Positions 1-8,744 of a DNA stretch of 64,000 nucleotides are shown in pieces. Source of the stretch: a virus. Taxonomy: Duplodnaviria > Caudoviricetes. Location: positions 2,157 through 66,156 of the IMG/VR virus record IMGVR_UViG_3300033172_000001; one strand, written 5' to 3'. The notes under the pieces were generated by a model. That model worked only from the letters and a program-made list of their open reading frames with translations. It ran no database searches and was not told where the DNA came from. The translations under genes were made by a program, and so were the position numbers. The first letter of the stretch is position 1. Each line of letters opens with the position of its first letter.

Positions 1-182
1 AGAAATATTCTCTTGAGGACGAACTTTATTTTAGTAGGATTGCAATCGGTTTTCTCATGGGAAAATATGTTTTTGAAGATGACGAAATGGGGTTGCTTTC
101 AGAATACCAGATGTTTGTTGAAGATTTACGTCAATGGGCAAGGAACGAGAGGGCGAAACTTGGATTATGAAATAACATTAAA

Positions 183-764
183 ATGATGAACACTACAACA
201 AATTTGTGGATAACATCTGATCATCATTTTTTGCATTCAAATATTGCAAAGTATTGTAACAGACCAGAGAATTTCAATAAAATTCTTGTGAATAATTGGA
301 ATTCTCTGGTTCATGATAACGATATTGTCTTGCACTTAGGCGATTTTTCTGCTGGTGTTGGTTCTTATCCGAACGGTTACAAGACACTAAAAATAATTTC
401 TGCTTCTTTAAAAGGAACACGATTTCTTATCAGAGGCAATCATGATCATAAACCAGTAAATTACTTCACGGATGAATTGTGGTTTATTGAAGTTTATCAA
501 CATTTTATTATTGACGAATACTTTTTCTCTCATTATCCTTTGGTTGTCTTTCCTAAAGATTCCAAAAAAATACAAAATAAGAAAAAACATCTTCTTTCTG
601 TCTTCAAGAAAGAAAAATGCCGGTATGTCATTCACGGACATACCCATGTTCCACATCCTAACCTACCAAATCATTTTAACGTTTGTGTTGATTTACATGG
701 TTACTCTCCAGTTTTATTCTCCGACATAAAAAAATATTTTCATCAAAACAAAGAAATCTCTTGA
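183..764 (+). CDS. Calcineurin-like metallophosphoesterase
   Basis: Motifs DHH (SDHHF), GD (HLGDF), GNHD, HYP and HGHTH. Confidence 0.85.
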   Translation: MMNTTTNLWITSDHHFLHSNIAKYCNRPENFNKILVNNWNSLVHDNDIVLHLGDFSAGVGSYPNGYKTLKIISASLKGTRFLIRGNHDHKPVNYFTDELWFIEVYQHFIIDEYFFSHYPLVVFPKDSKKIQNKKKHLLSVFKKEKCRYVIHGHTHVPHPNLPNHFNVCVDLHGYSPVLFSDIKKYFHQNKEIS

Positions 765-804
765 AAAGTTCTTCTGAATAGTTTATTCTGTATGTGAAAG
801 TTAA
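761..804 (+). promoter_or_regulatory. Early sigma70-type promoter, family copy 1
   Basis: TTGAAA-17 nt-TATTCT-5 nt-TGAAAGTTAA. Same layout recurs at six other sites. Confidence 0.75.
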
Positions 805-841
805 GAGATACTTGAGATTAATTCTGAAAGAGAGGTTGATC

Positions 842-1063
842 ATGAAGAAAAGCAAAATGAAAGCAATAAGCGGCTGTGACTTTGTTCGTAATGCAAAATG
901 GGATCCGCAAAAGCGAACCGAAAAAGGTTGGGCGTTGTGGGCGAAGCGTGAAGCCGCTCGGTTGAGCAAACGAGACAGATTTGGGTGGAACGCTTCAATT
1001 TGTCATATTGAGCGTGACGGCGAAAAAATGTTGCGAATTAGTTTTGGAGGACAGCCCGAATGA
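842..1063 (+). CDS. Small early hypothetical protein
   Basis: GAGAGG RBS then ATG at 842, downstream of the early promoter. Confidence 0.6.
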   Translation: MKKSKMKAISGCDFVRNAKWDPQKRTEKGWALWAKREAARLSKRDRFGWNASICHIERDGEKMLRISFGGQPE

Positions 1064-1167
1064 AACAAAAAAGCTTGACGGATCGAAAAGGACCTGTTAA
1101 GCTGTAGATAATCAAAGGCAACATACCAAACAAAATGCCGGGACATCCCGGCGAGGAGATTGAAATG
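1037..1167 (+). repeat. Direct repeat copy 1 (gene 3' end + promoter + leader + RBS); copy 2 at 1576-1720
   Basis: Both copies encode ISFGG(Q/H)xE*, then share TGAAACAAAA, GCTTGACG, TGTTAAGCT, ATCAAAGGCA, AATGCCGG and a GAGGAG RBS. Confidence 0.85.
1075..1103 (+). promoter_or_regulatory. Sigma70 promoter with extended -10
   Basis: TTGACG-17 nt-TAAGCT with TG upstream of the -10. Confidence 0.7.
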
Positions 1168-1541
1168 AGCGTATTTGTTATCCTGAATCACAATCTTACC
1201 CAAGATCAGCGTGAAGAACTTGAAGAAAAGTTTGGAAGAGTAGTGGAGCTGGACGCGGAAGAGAAGGCAATGTGGGCGCAAATACCGGCCGAGGGCGATC
1301 ATTTGGAGGTACAGAAACATATCTGGCCTATCCTGATGAAGGTAAATGAGCATGATGCTGTGATTTGTCAGGGCGAGTTCACGGCATTCTGTGCTGTGTT
1401 CACAATGTGCCAACCGCACATAAAGACGTACTGGTTGCCTGCTCCAAGCGGGAGACCGTAGAAACAACGGGACAAGATGGTGCCGTTGTAAAGAAGGCAG
1501 TGTTTAGACACGTGCAGTTTCGACGTGTACCGATGATCTAA
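1165..1541 (+). pseudogene. csx20: Csx20-like protein (type III CRISPR ring-nuclease family), split by a -1 frameshift near 1400-1420
   Basis: N-part MSVFVILNHNLTQDQ...WAQIP...CQGEFTA; the -1 frame continues KDVLVACSKRETVETTGQDGAVVKKAVFRHVQFRR*. Together these match the Csx20 pattern as I recall it (NH.LT..Q, W..IP, QGE/DF, KR...E...DG...K..VF.HV.FR). Confidence 0.7.
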
Positions 1542-1624
1542 AAAGGCATCGCGCCTTGTCGCCTGCTAAATAAAGATCAGCTTTGGAGGACATTCCGAAT
1601 GAAACAAAAGAAACACAAAAGAGC

Positions 1625-1653
1625 TTGACGGGTTAAAATAAACATGTTAAGCT
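1625..1653 (+). promoter_or_regulatory. Sigma70 promoter with extended -10 (duplicate of 1075-1103)
   Basis: TTGACG-17 nt-TAAGCT. Confidence 0.7.
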
Positions 1654-1717
1654 TTAAACAATCAAAGGCAGCATAACCAACAACAATGCCGGATGACCCG
1701 GTGAGGAGGATGTTATA

Positions 1718-1948
1718 ATGAGAAAGGACGGGATTAAAAGGTGTGTTGAAGTACCGGGGATATACGAGTTGAAGACCTTTACGGAGGTCATCGAGGCTCG
1801 TGGCGTGGAGAAAGGGTCTGTCCGTTGGAACAACTTGAGGACGGAGTACGAGTACCACTTGGAAAAACCCCATAAGCAATGGGGCTGGATATGGCACGCA
1901 ACCTTTGGACTCGGCGACGATCCGCCTAACGACCTTCCCCTTGAGTAA
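1718..1948 (+). CDS. Hypothetical protein
   Basis: GAGGAGG RBS; follows the duplicated promoter. Confidence 0.6.
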   Translation: MRKDGIKRCVEVPGIYELKTFTEVIEARGVEKGSVRWNNLRTEYEYHLEKPHKQWGWIWHATFGLGDDPPNDLPLE

Positions 1949-2037
1949 TAATCACCGGTGGCCATTAGAGCATCTAATGGCCACGATAGTGTTCAATATT
2001 GGACACAGAACAGACACAACACAACAAGAGGTGAAGC

Positions 2038-2451
2038 ATGGCAGTGTGCGTCCATCAGATCAAGCCGTATGATTTACCCCTGCAGCCGAATGCTCTGCGG
2101 GTTGAGATTATCACTCCCTGTCCGGTATGTATTCTGCGGCCTAAGGTTGACCAGTTCGGCAGACGGTACGAGGTGTTTCGCTGGGTTGGATCAGGTGGCG
2201 ATCCGACATCTGCGGCGATGCCCTGTGTCGGCCGGAATAGTAGGCTCTGTCCTTGTCGAGTGATTGCCGAGGACTCGCTGATGAACGGATTCAAGAGCGG
2301 CCCGTGCCCTGTCTGCAGAACGTTTAACCGGCGTGACGGATACGGGCCTGTAGAGTGTAGAGAATGCGGACTGCTGTTCGAGCTGGTTGCAGAGAGCAAG
2401 GAGCCTGAAAAAACTGTAACAATGGAATACATCCACTCACAATTTTTATAA
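2038..2451 (+). CDS. Cys-rich putative zinc-binding protein
   Basis: Several CxxC pairs (CPVC twice, CPCR, CREC); GAGGTG RBS. Confidence 0.5.
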   Translation: MAVCVHQIKPYDLPLQPNALRVEIITPCPVCILRPKVDQFGRRYEVFRWVGSGGDPTSAAMPCVGRNSRLCPCRVIAEDSLMNGFKSGPCPVCRTFNRRDGYGPVECRECGLLFELVAESKEPEKTVTMEYIHSQFL

Positions 2452-2460
2452 GGAGAGAGT

Positions 2461-3942
2461 ATGGGAGGAAATATTTGCGTGAAAATTCAAAGTGATACCA
2501 CGCTTGTGGACTTTGTTAAATTGAACGCAGAACAGCAAGCAACCGTTTTAAAACAACCATATGAAGTGTTTGAGAAATACGATGGAGTAAAAATTTCTGT
2601 TGTGTACAATCCGTTCGTTGATTCAAAGAAGTTTTTTGATCATATTACTGTTTCGTATAAAGGGTTTGAAATTTTCCCGTTTGAAAAAATCGGAACGGTT
2701 CCACAAGAGTCGTATGGATATATTCAGTTCAGTAAAATTTGGAGCACTCTTAAATTCATTGAGTCAAAAATTAAAAATTTTGCAGGAAGTGAGCTGACAG
2801 AATTTCTTTTTGAATTCATTATGCGAAAGAACACAATTGCAACCGAATATAAGCGATACCACGAAATGATTCTGGTTGGTTCCCGTAGGATTAAACAAAT
2901 TTCTAATAAATTTGGGATGGTGACGATTATCCCTAAAACGAACGAGGATTGCTTCAGACTGCATGATTCGTTTAAGCGTACTTGCGTATACCCTAACCTT
3001 CTTTTTACTGGCACAACAAATCCTAGTGCTATCCGTTCGCTTGCATATAATTTGGAGTCAGAATTTGGAGGTAAAGCAGAAGGAATTGTTCTGCACTCAA
3101 ATTTTGGTCTATCGTATAAAGTAGTTGATCCAGAAAAACGAACAAAGCGATACATACGCGAAAAGACAGCGAAATACTTTTTCCCTGATCCTGATCAGCA
3201 ACGTTATTATGAAGAATTCGTTGAAGGAGAAGCGAATAGGATTGTTTCTTCTTATTGTCAATTTCCCGATGTGGAAAAGAATACGTTCAAAAAAATGCTT
3301 GGAACAATGTTTTATTATATATATAATCCTCCTTATTCGTACCCAGTTGATTCTGGTGGGCACCAAAAACACCAAATCAATATCAAAGATGACGTTTATG
3401 TTAAAGTGAGGAATAAAATAATCAAAAAGTATATGGATTTTTACGGTTTCAATTACAAGATTGATTCCAATACAGAAATCAAGAATGTTCATCCGCTTCC
3501 CAAAGCATCGTTTCCGTCTTTGATTCTGATTCGTGGTCTTCCGGGTTCTGGTAAGTCAACTCTTGCTTCTGCGATGGTAAAAGCGTCCAAGGTCAAAACG
3601 TATCATTATGAAGCAGATCAGTTTTTTACCAATGAAGAAGGAGAATATAAGTTCATTCATGATGAAATCACAGATGCCCATAATTGGTGCTTTACGAATG
3701 CAATTAAGGCTCTCAAGAATGGACATTCGGTTATTGTGGCGAACACGTTTGTCAATTATAAAGAGGTTGAAGACTATTTTCTTTTTTGCCTTGACAATGA
3801 CATTAAATTTGATATCATTGAAGCTCAAGGAAATTATGGTAGTGTTCACGGTGTTCCAGAGCGCGCAATTGAGCGCATGAAGAGCAAATGGGAAAGTCTT
3901 GCGTCAATCAAAGAGACTATGAAAAACGAAACTTTTAATTAA
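2461..3942 (+). CDS. RNA-ligase-like nucleotidyltransferase fused to a polynucleotide-kinase (AAA_33-type) domain
   Basis: N-part EKYDG (motif I), AEGIVL (IV), YKVV (V). C-part IRGLPGSGKST P-loop, EADQFF, VIVANTF, HGVP. Confidence 0.6.
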   Translation: MGGNICVKIQSDTTLVDFVKLNAEQQATVLKQPYEVFEKYDGVKISVVYNPFVDSKKFFDHITVSYKGFEIFPFEKIGTVPQESYGYIQFSKIWSTLKFIESKIKNFAGSELTEFLFEFIMRKNTIATEYKRYHEMILVGSRRIKQISNKFGMVTIIPKTNEDCFRLHDSFKRTCVYPNLLFTGTTNPSAIRSLAYNLESEFGGKAEGIVLHSNFGLSYKVVDPEKRTKRYIREKTAKYFFPDPDQQRYYEEFVEGEANRIVSSYCQFPDVEKNTFKKMLGTMFYYIYNPPYSYPVDSGGHQKHQINIKDDVYVKVRNKIIKKYMDFYGFNYKIDSNTEIKNVHPLPKASFPSLILIRGLPGSGKSTLASAMVKASKVKTYHYEADQFFTNEEGEYKFIHDEITDAHNWCFTNAIKALKNGHSVIVANTFVNYKEVEDYFLFCLDNDIKFDIIEAQGNYGSVHGVPERAIERMKSKWESLASIKETMKNETFN

Positions 3943-3959
3943 TAAGGAGAAATTAGAGC

Positions 3960-4292
3960 ATGAGCATTAAAAATGGTATTTTGTATCTGACACGGGAAGA
4001 AATTAGAGCAGTATTCAAGAAAATCAGAGAAGAATATGGTATCAGCAAACCGTATAAAACTTACTGCGATACTCGGTTTTCTTTTCATCCTTCCAATATT
4101 GATGGAAGGAACTTGAAATTTTATGTTCTTCAAGCAAAAAATGAAAAACAGTTCAAGAAATTCAAGAAACATCTTGACGAAGTATTGAATGCTTTTGGCT
4201 ATTCATCAAAAGAAATTTTTGAAGGATACGGCGATGATTGGGAATATTATTTCTCAATTCAGATTTACAACAACACAGGAGATCAAAAATAA
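3960..4292 (+). CDS. Hypothetical protein
   Basis: ORF with RBS; no recognised motif. Confidence 0.5.
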   Translation: MSIKNGILYLTREEIRAVFKKIREEYGISKPYKTYCDTRFSFHPSNIDGRNLKFYVLQAKNEKQFKKFKKHLDEVLNAFGYSSKEIFEGYGDDWEYYFSIQIYNNTGDQK

Positions 4293-4294
4293 AC

Positions 4295-4555
4295 ATGACA
4301 AAAGACGATAATATGTTTGATTTTGCAAAAGAAATTTTCAAGATCAATGAATACGCTTCTGTCGCAAGCGATGGTATTATTGCTGGAGACTTTGACGGAT
4401 TTCTTGATTCCGGATCATATTCTCTGAATGCTCTTCTTTCTGGTTCAATTTATGGCGGGTTTCCTCTTGGGAAAGTATCTGCATTAGTCGGTCCATCAAA
4501 AGTAGGCAAATGTGCAAGGGGATCTGAGATTATAGAAATTTATACCAGAGAATAA
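4295..4555 (+). CDS. uvsX: UvsX/RecA N-terminal fragment plus 14-aa N-intein
   Basis: DSGSYSLNALLSGSIYGGFP...GPSKVGK (Walker A up to Lys), then CARGSEIIEIYTRE* (intein block A, 4511-4552). Confidence 0.9.
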   Translation: MTKDDNMFDFAKEIFKINEYASVASDGIIAGDFDGFLDSGSYSLNALLSGSIYGGFPLGKVSALVGPSKVGKCARGSEIIEIYTRE

Positions 4556-4578
4556 ACAATACTTTTTCTTATTTTAGA

Positions 4579-4629
4579 CACTCCTGTTTTTATAAATAAA
4601 AGAAACAATTTTTTATAAAAACAGGAGTG
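4579..4629 (+). promoter_or_regulatory. T4-type late promoter inside an 18-bp RBS-sequestering inverted repeat
   Basis: TATAAATA at 4591-4598. CACTCCTGTTTTTATAAA (4579-4596) is the perfect complement of TTTATAAAAACAGGAGTG (4612-4629), which contains the AGGAG RBS. Confidence 0.85.
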
Positions 4630-4632
4630 AAA

Positions 4633-5622
4633 ATGAGAAGAGAAAAAAATTGGAGATGTATAGAATATTGGTTAAGTAAGAATTACACAGAAGCTGAAGC
4701 AAAAATATTGATTTCCCAAAAACAAAAGGAATCAAATTATTTTTGTGTTGAATATTGGATTAAAAGAGGATGCACAGAAAAAGAAGCCTTATTAGAAATT
4801 GAAAAGAAAAAAGCTGAATTTAAAGAAAGAGTCAACGAACCTGATCACCGCAAAAAATTGTCAACTGCACAAAAAAATCTTCACAAAAAAGAATACTGGA
4901 TAGAAAAATGGGGTGACGAAGGGGAAAATAAATTTATTGAATTCAAACAAGCGAATTTCAAAAATTTATCAGAAGGACAAAAACAGTTTCAACTTAAAAT
5001 AAAAGAAAATCCATCTGGATTTAGAGAATATAATAGATTATGTGTTGAATATTGGACCAAAAAAGGTTATGATGAAGAGTCTGCGAAAAATCAAATATCA
5101 AAAATACAAAAACGAGATTTGTTGTATTTTGTTGAGAAATACGGAGAATCTGATGGTTATGAAAAGTGGAAACACAAAATTAACACCTGGCAATCATCTA
5201 TCTCTAAACAAAAAGAAGAAATTAACGAAAAACAAAGAAAAAACAGTCATTGCGGGTATTACACAGAAGAATTATTAAAAAGAAAAAATATAGATTTTCT
5301 TAATTTTTATTTACTTGAATTTGAGGATGACAAAGGTAAATTTTATAAATTTGGTATCACAAAAAGAAACAAAATTCATAAACGATGGAAGGCGTGTTTG
5401 GACTATAAAGTATTGTTTTTCAATAAAAAGAAAGCTATTGAGGCACTAAAAAAAGAAAACGAAATAAAAAATTTGATAAAATGCGGAAGATTGCAGACAA
5501 GAGAAACGAGCTTAATAAAATCAAAAGAAATAATTGATGAATCAGAAAAAGACATTTTGTTTAAAATACTAAAGGAGGAATTTCGTGAAAAAGCACACAA
5601 TGACTTATCAGAATTTATATGA
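4633..5622 (+). CDS. Free-standing putative homing endonuclease (YW-x-K-x-G repeats; C-terminal GIY-YIG/T5orf172-like domain)
   Basis: Repeats CIEYWLSKNY, CVEYWIKRG, EYWIEKWG, CVEYWTKKG, YFVEKYG. C-terminal FYLLEF...FYKFGITKR...KRW. Sits between the two split-intein halves. Confidence 0.65.
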   Translation: MRREKNWRCIEYWLSKNYTEAEAKILISQKQKESNYFCVEYWIKRGCTEKEALLEIEKKKAEFKERVNEPDHRKKLSTAQKNLHKKEYWIEKWGDEGENKFIEFKQANFKNLSEGQKQFQLKIKENPSGFREYNRLCVEYWTKKGYDEESAKNQISKIQKRDLLYFVEKYGESDGYEKWKHKINTWQSSISKQKEEINEKQRKNSHCGYYTEELLKRKNIDFLNFYLLEFEDDKGKFYKFGITKRNKIHKRWKACLDYKVLFFNKKKAIEALKKENEIKNLIKCGRLQTRETSLIKSKEIIDESEKDILFKILKEEFREKAHNDLSEFI

Positions 5623-6871
5623 ACAATATGGTGAAGGTGATTATGAAGTGCCGTATCCAGTAAATGATGAAATTTTTGTTAAAACTCCTACAGGGAAATC
5701 AAAAATTTTGGCTGTGATCAAAAAACGAAGTAATGTAATTCGTGTTTGTTTTGAAGATGATGAAATTTTTGAATGCTCAGAAAATCACGTTTTCTCTTGT
5801 GATGGTGAAACGGTTTTAGCAAAAAACGCAAAAATCGTGGACACCATTCACGGAAAGAAAAGAATTGATAAAATTATTGACATTGGTGAGGAAGATGTAT
5901 TTGATGTTAGCATTGAATCCCCACATTGGTACATTGCTAAAGAAAGCAGTGGATTGATTCATCATAATACTTTCTTTGTTTTGACAACAATGAAGGAGTT
6001 TCTTGCTGCTAATCCTAAGGCGATTGTTGTTTTGTTTGAATCTGAATCAGCCATAACGAAAACCTCTCTTGAAAATTTTGGTATTGATACAAAAAGAGTA
6101 ATGGTTCTTCCTGTTGAGACTGTTGAACGTTTCAGACACCAATGTTTGAGTTTGTTGATTAAATACGGAGAACAGCCAGAATCAGAAAGACGAAAAATGC
6201 TTATTGTGCTTGATTCTCTTGGTATGCTGTCCACTGAAAAAGAAATGGGTGATATCACAGAAGGGAAGAATACAAGAGACATGACGCGGGCACAGATCAT
6301 TAAAGCCGCGTTTCGTGTCTTAACGTTGAAACTTGGTAAGATAGGAATTCCGTTTCTTCTTACGAATCATTCTTATCAGACAATGGGATTATACTCCCAA
6401 ACTGTTCAGGGCGGCGGGTCCGGCCCTGAGTATGCGGCGTCCACAATCGTTTTCTTGTCAAAGAAGAAAGACAAGTTAGGAAGCGAAGTCGTGGGTAATA
6501 TCATTCATTGTAAGCTGAATAAAGGCAGGCTAACAAAAGAAAATTCTACCGTTGATACTGCGATCAATTATGAAACTGGGTTAAATCGCTGGCACGGAAT
6601 GATTGAATTTGCTCTTGAAGCAGGTATTTGGGAAAAGTCTGGAACACGGATAAAAATCCACACAGACGAATTACTTTTTCCCAAAGCAATCATGAATGAT
6701 GTTGACAAATATTTTACATCTGATATACTATCTAAAATAGATTCGTATTGCAAACAGAAATTCCTTTACGGGAATGCACAAAAAGATGAGGATGTAGAAA
6801 AAGAGGAGAATGTAGAAAATGGAGAATCCAGTTCAGACAGTAATAACAACGATTCGGGCGAAGAAGTCTAA
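5585..6871 (+). CDS. uvsX: C-intein (5585-5968) fused to UvsX/RecA C-terminal fragment
   Basis: AGGAGG RBS before GTG 5585. Intein blocks B (ECSENH), F (VFDVSI..PHWYI) and G (HHN/T). Then TFFVL...FESESA...DSLGML...DMTRAQ, typical of UvsX. Confidence 0.9.
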   Translation: MKKHTMTYQNLYEQYGEGDYEVPYPVNDEIFVKTPTGKSKILAVIKKRSNVIRVCFEDDEIFECSENHVFSCDGETVLAKNAKIVDTIHGKKRIDKIIDIGEEDVFDVSIESPHWYIAKESSGLIHHNTFFVLTTMKEFLAANPKAIVVLFESESAITKTSLENFGIDTKRVMVLPVETVERFRHQCLSLLIKYGEQPESERRKMLIVLDSLGMLSTEKEMGDITEGKNTRDMTRAQIIKAAFRVLTLKLGKIGIPFLLTNHSYQTMGLYSQTVQGGGSGPEYAASTIVFLSKKKDKLGSEVVGNIIHCKLNKGRLTKENSTVDTAINYETGLNRWHGMIEFALEAGIWEKSGTRIKIHTDELLFPKAIMNDVDKYFTSDILSKIDSYCKQKFLYGNAQKDEDVEKEENVENGESSSDSNNNDSGEEV

Positions 6872-7100
6872 GGAGAAACTTGTTTTTGAAATTCTTGATG
6901 GTCCGTTTGAAGGAGTAGAATATTCTATTAATGAAGATTCACTTTCAGTTGAAGGCGAAGATGTTACATTTATGTATGAAATCAGCAATCCAGACATTTA
7001 TCGTGCTGCTGCAAGAAATATGCTGGAGCGTATTATCAAGTCGGATGTTATCAAGCGGATTGAAAATCATGTAAACGAAAAACTTGGAACAAATGGGTGA
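6819..7100 (+). CDS. Hypothetical protein at the gp40 position (start uncertain)
   Basis: Lies between uvsX and gene 41, as in T4-like phages. Confidence 0.4.
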   Translation: MENPVQTVITTIRAKKSKEKLVFEILDGPFEGVEYSINEDSLSVEGEDVTFMYEISNPDIYRAAARNMLERIIKSDVIKRIENHVNEKLGTNG

Positions 7101-8547
7101 CATAGAAGCACAAGAACTGTCAAGAGTAGAAGACCTTATATTTAATGGATTGATCAACAATGACAATTATTTTTATAAGGTCTTTCCTTTCCTCAAAGAA
7201 GAATATTTTGACGATAAAGAAAAGGTAATATTCAAAATATTCAAATTTCATCATGATAAGTTTGATAAAAAAGCAACACCAGAAATTCTTGAGGTTTATC
7301 TTGACAAATACAGAAATACCAACGAAACACTCTTTTCTGCTGCAACTGAATTTTTCTTTAAGATTAAACCAGAACGACCAACTTTAGATTATGATTGGTT
7401 GACAGATGCAACGGAAGAATATTGTCAAGACAAAGCTTTATATAATGCGCTTGCAAAAGCAGTTTCAATTTATGATAAAGAAACAGACGAACAACCGAAA
7501 TCAAGCATTCCTGAAATTCTCCAAGAGGCTCTTGGAGTAACATTTGATAATGACAATGGTCTTGATTATTTTGAGGACGCACAAAAAAGATTTGAACGTC
7601 TTCATTTAAAATATGATAAAGTTCCTTTTTTGTGTGACGTTTTAAATGAAATTACTGATGGTGGATTTGAACTAAAGACGGTTAACTGTTTTTTGTCGGC
7701 AACAAACGTGGGCAAATCCGCCATGATGACCTGGCTTTCAACCGAGTATTCATTACAAGGAAAGAAGGTTCTTTACTTGTCAATGGAAATGGCAGAAGAA
7801 AAGATTGCTCAACGAATGGATGCTTGTTTGTTCAATCGTACTTTGTCACAAGTTAAGAATATGGGCAAAGATGAATTTCTTGGTAGTGTTCATAATTTGA
7901 CAAAAAAGGGAATGGGCAAGATCATAGTGAAAGAGTTCCCAACATCAACCGTTCATATGGGGCACGTTGAAGCGTATTTGCGGGAGTTAAAATTAAAAAA
8001 GAATTTTGAACCCGATGTGGTAATGCTTGACTATTTGAATATTTGTTTATCAAAGCGCGTTTCTTTGAATAAAGGAACATATATGTTCGTCAAATCAATT
8101 GCGGAAGAATTTCGTGGTTTAGCAGTGAAAAACAATTTTTGTGGCATTACAGCTGTTCAGGGGGACCGTTCAACCATTGAGTCTTCTGATATTGGATTGC
8201 AGAATGTTGGCGAGTCAAAGGGTATCAATGATACAGTGGATTTCATGCTTGGTCTCATGGCTCCTGAAGAAATAAAAGCGCAGGGTATCATGCTCTGCAA
8301 ACAACTCAAAAGTCGTTATGGAGACGTAAACAGAAAGAAGCGATTCGCTTTGATATTTGATTCTGAAAAAATGAAGTTTGAAGACAGTTCCGATTTAAAA
8401 ATAGAAGGATTTAATGCTCCTAAAGGAGATAAGACCAAAGATGTCCCTTTATTTGATAAAAGCACAAACAACAGAATTCTTGAAGAGAGACCAGATATAA
8501 CAGGAGATGCAACAAAAGCACTTCTTTCAGGAGGGATAAAATGGTAA
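7093..8547 (+). CDS. 41: DnaB-like replicative helicase gp41
   Basis: SATNVGKS Walker A, SMEMAEEKIAQRMDA, IVKEFPT, LDYLNI, SIAEEFRGLA, QLKSRYGD. Confidence 0.93.
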   Translation: MGDIEAQELSRVEDLIFNGLINNDNYFYKVFPFLKEEYFDDKEKVIFKIFKFHHDKFDKKATPEILEVYLDKYRNTNETLFSAATEFFFKIKPERPTLDYDWLTDATEEYCQDKALYNALAKAVSIYDKETDEQPKSSIPEILQEALGVTFDNDNGLDYFEDAQKRFERLHLKYDKVPFLCDVLNEITDGGFELKTVNCFLSATNVGKSAMMTWLSTEYSLQGKKVLYLSMEMAEEKIAQRMDACLFNRTLSQVKNMGKDEFLGSVHNLTKKGMGKIIVKEFPTSTVHMGHVEAYLRELKLKKNFEPDVVMLDYLNICLSKRVSLNKGTYMFVKSIAEEFRGLAVKNNFCGITAVQGDRSTIESSDIGLQNVGESKGINDTVDFMLGLMAPEEIKAQGIMLCKQLKSRYGDVNRKKRFALIFDSEKMKFEDSSDLKIEGFNAPKGDKTKDVPLFDKSTNNRILEERPDITGDATKALLSGGIKW

Positions 8548-8744
8548 TTTATCAATGGTTCAACACAGTAAAAGGAACTGATATATACGGAAGAGAGGTT
8601 CCTATTAGAATTCTATGCGAACTTCCTGATGTTGACATTCCTAGTTATATGAGAAAGAGACTTCCGCCTTCTTTTAAAACAGATTTTGATTTAATTGACG
8701 AATTTATAAAGGAAAACGACGCATGGGAAAAATCAAAGGAGTAA
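8541..8744 (+). CDS. Hypothetical protein
   Basis: Short ORF coupled to neighbours. Confidence 0.4.
   Translation: MVIYQWFNTVKGTDIYGREVPIRILCELPDVDIPSYMRKRLPPSFKTDFDLIDEFIKENDAWEKSKE

Noticed and set aside
4556-5599. Group I intron as the explanation for the split uvsX
   Set aside because: Only 77 nt of non-coding sequence on the 5' side and none on the 3' side, too little for a ribozyme core. The downstream half has its own RBS and start.
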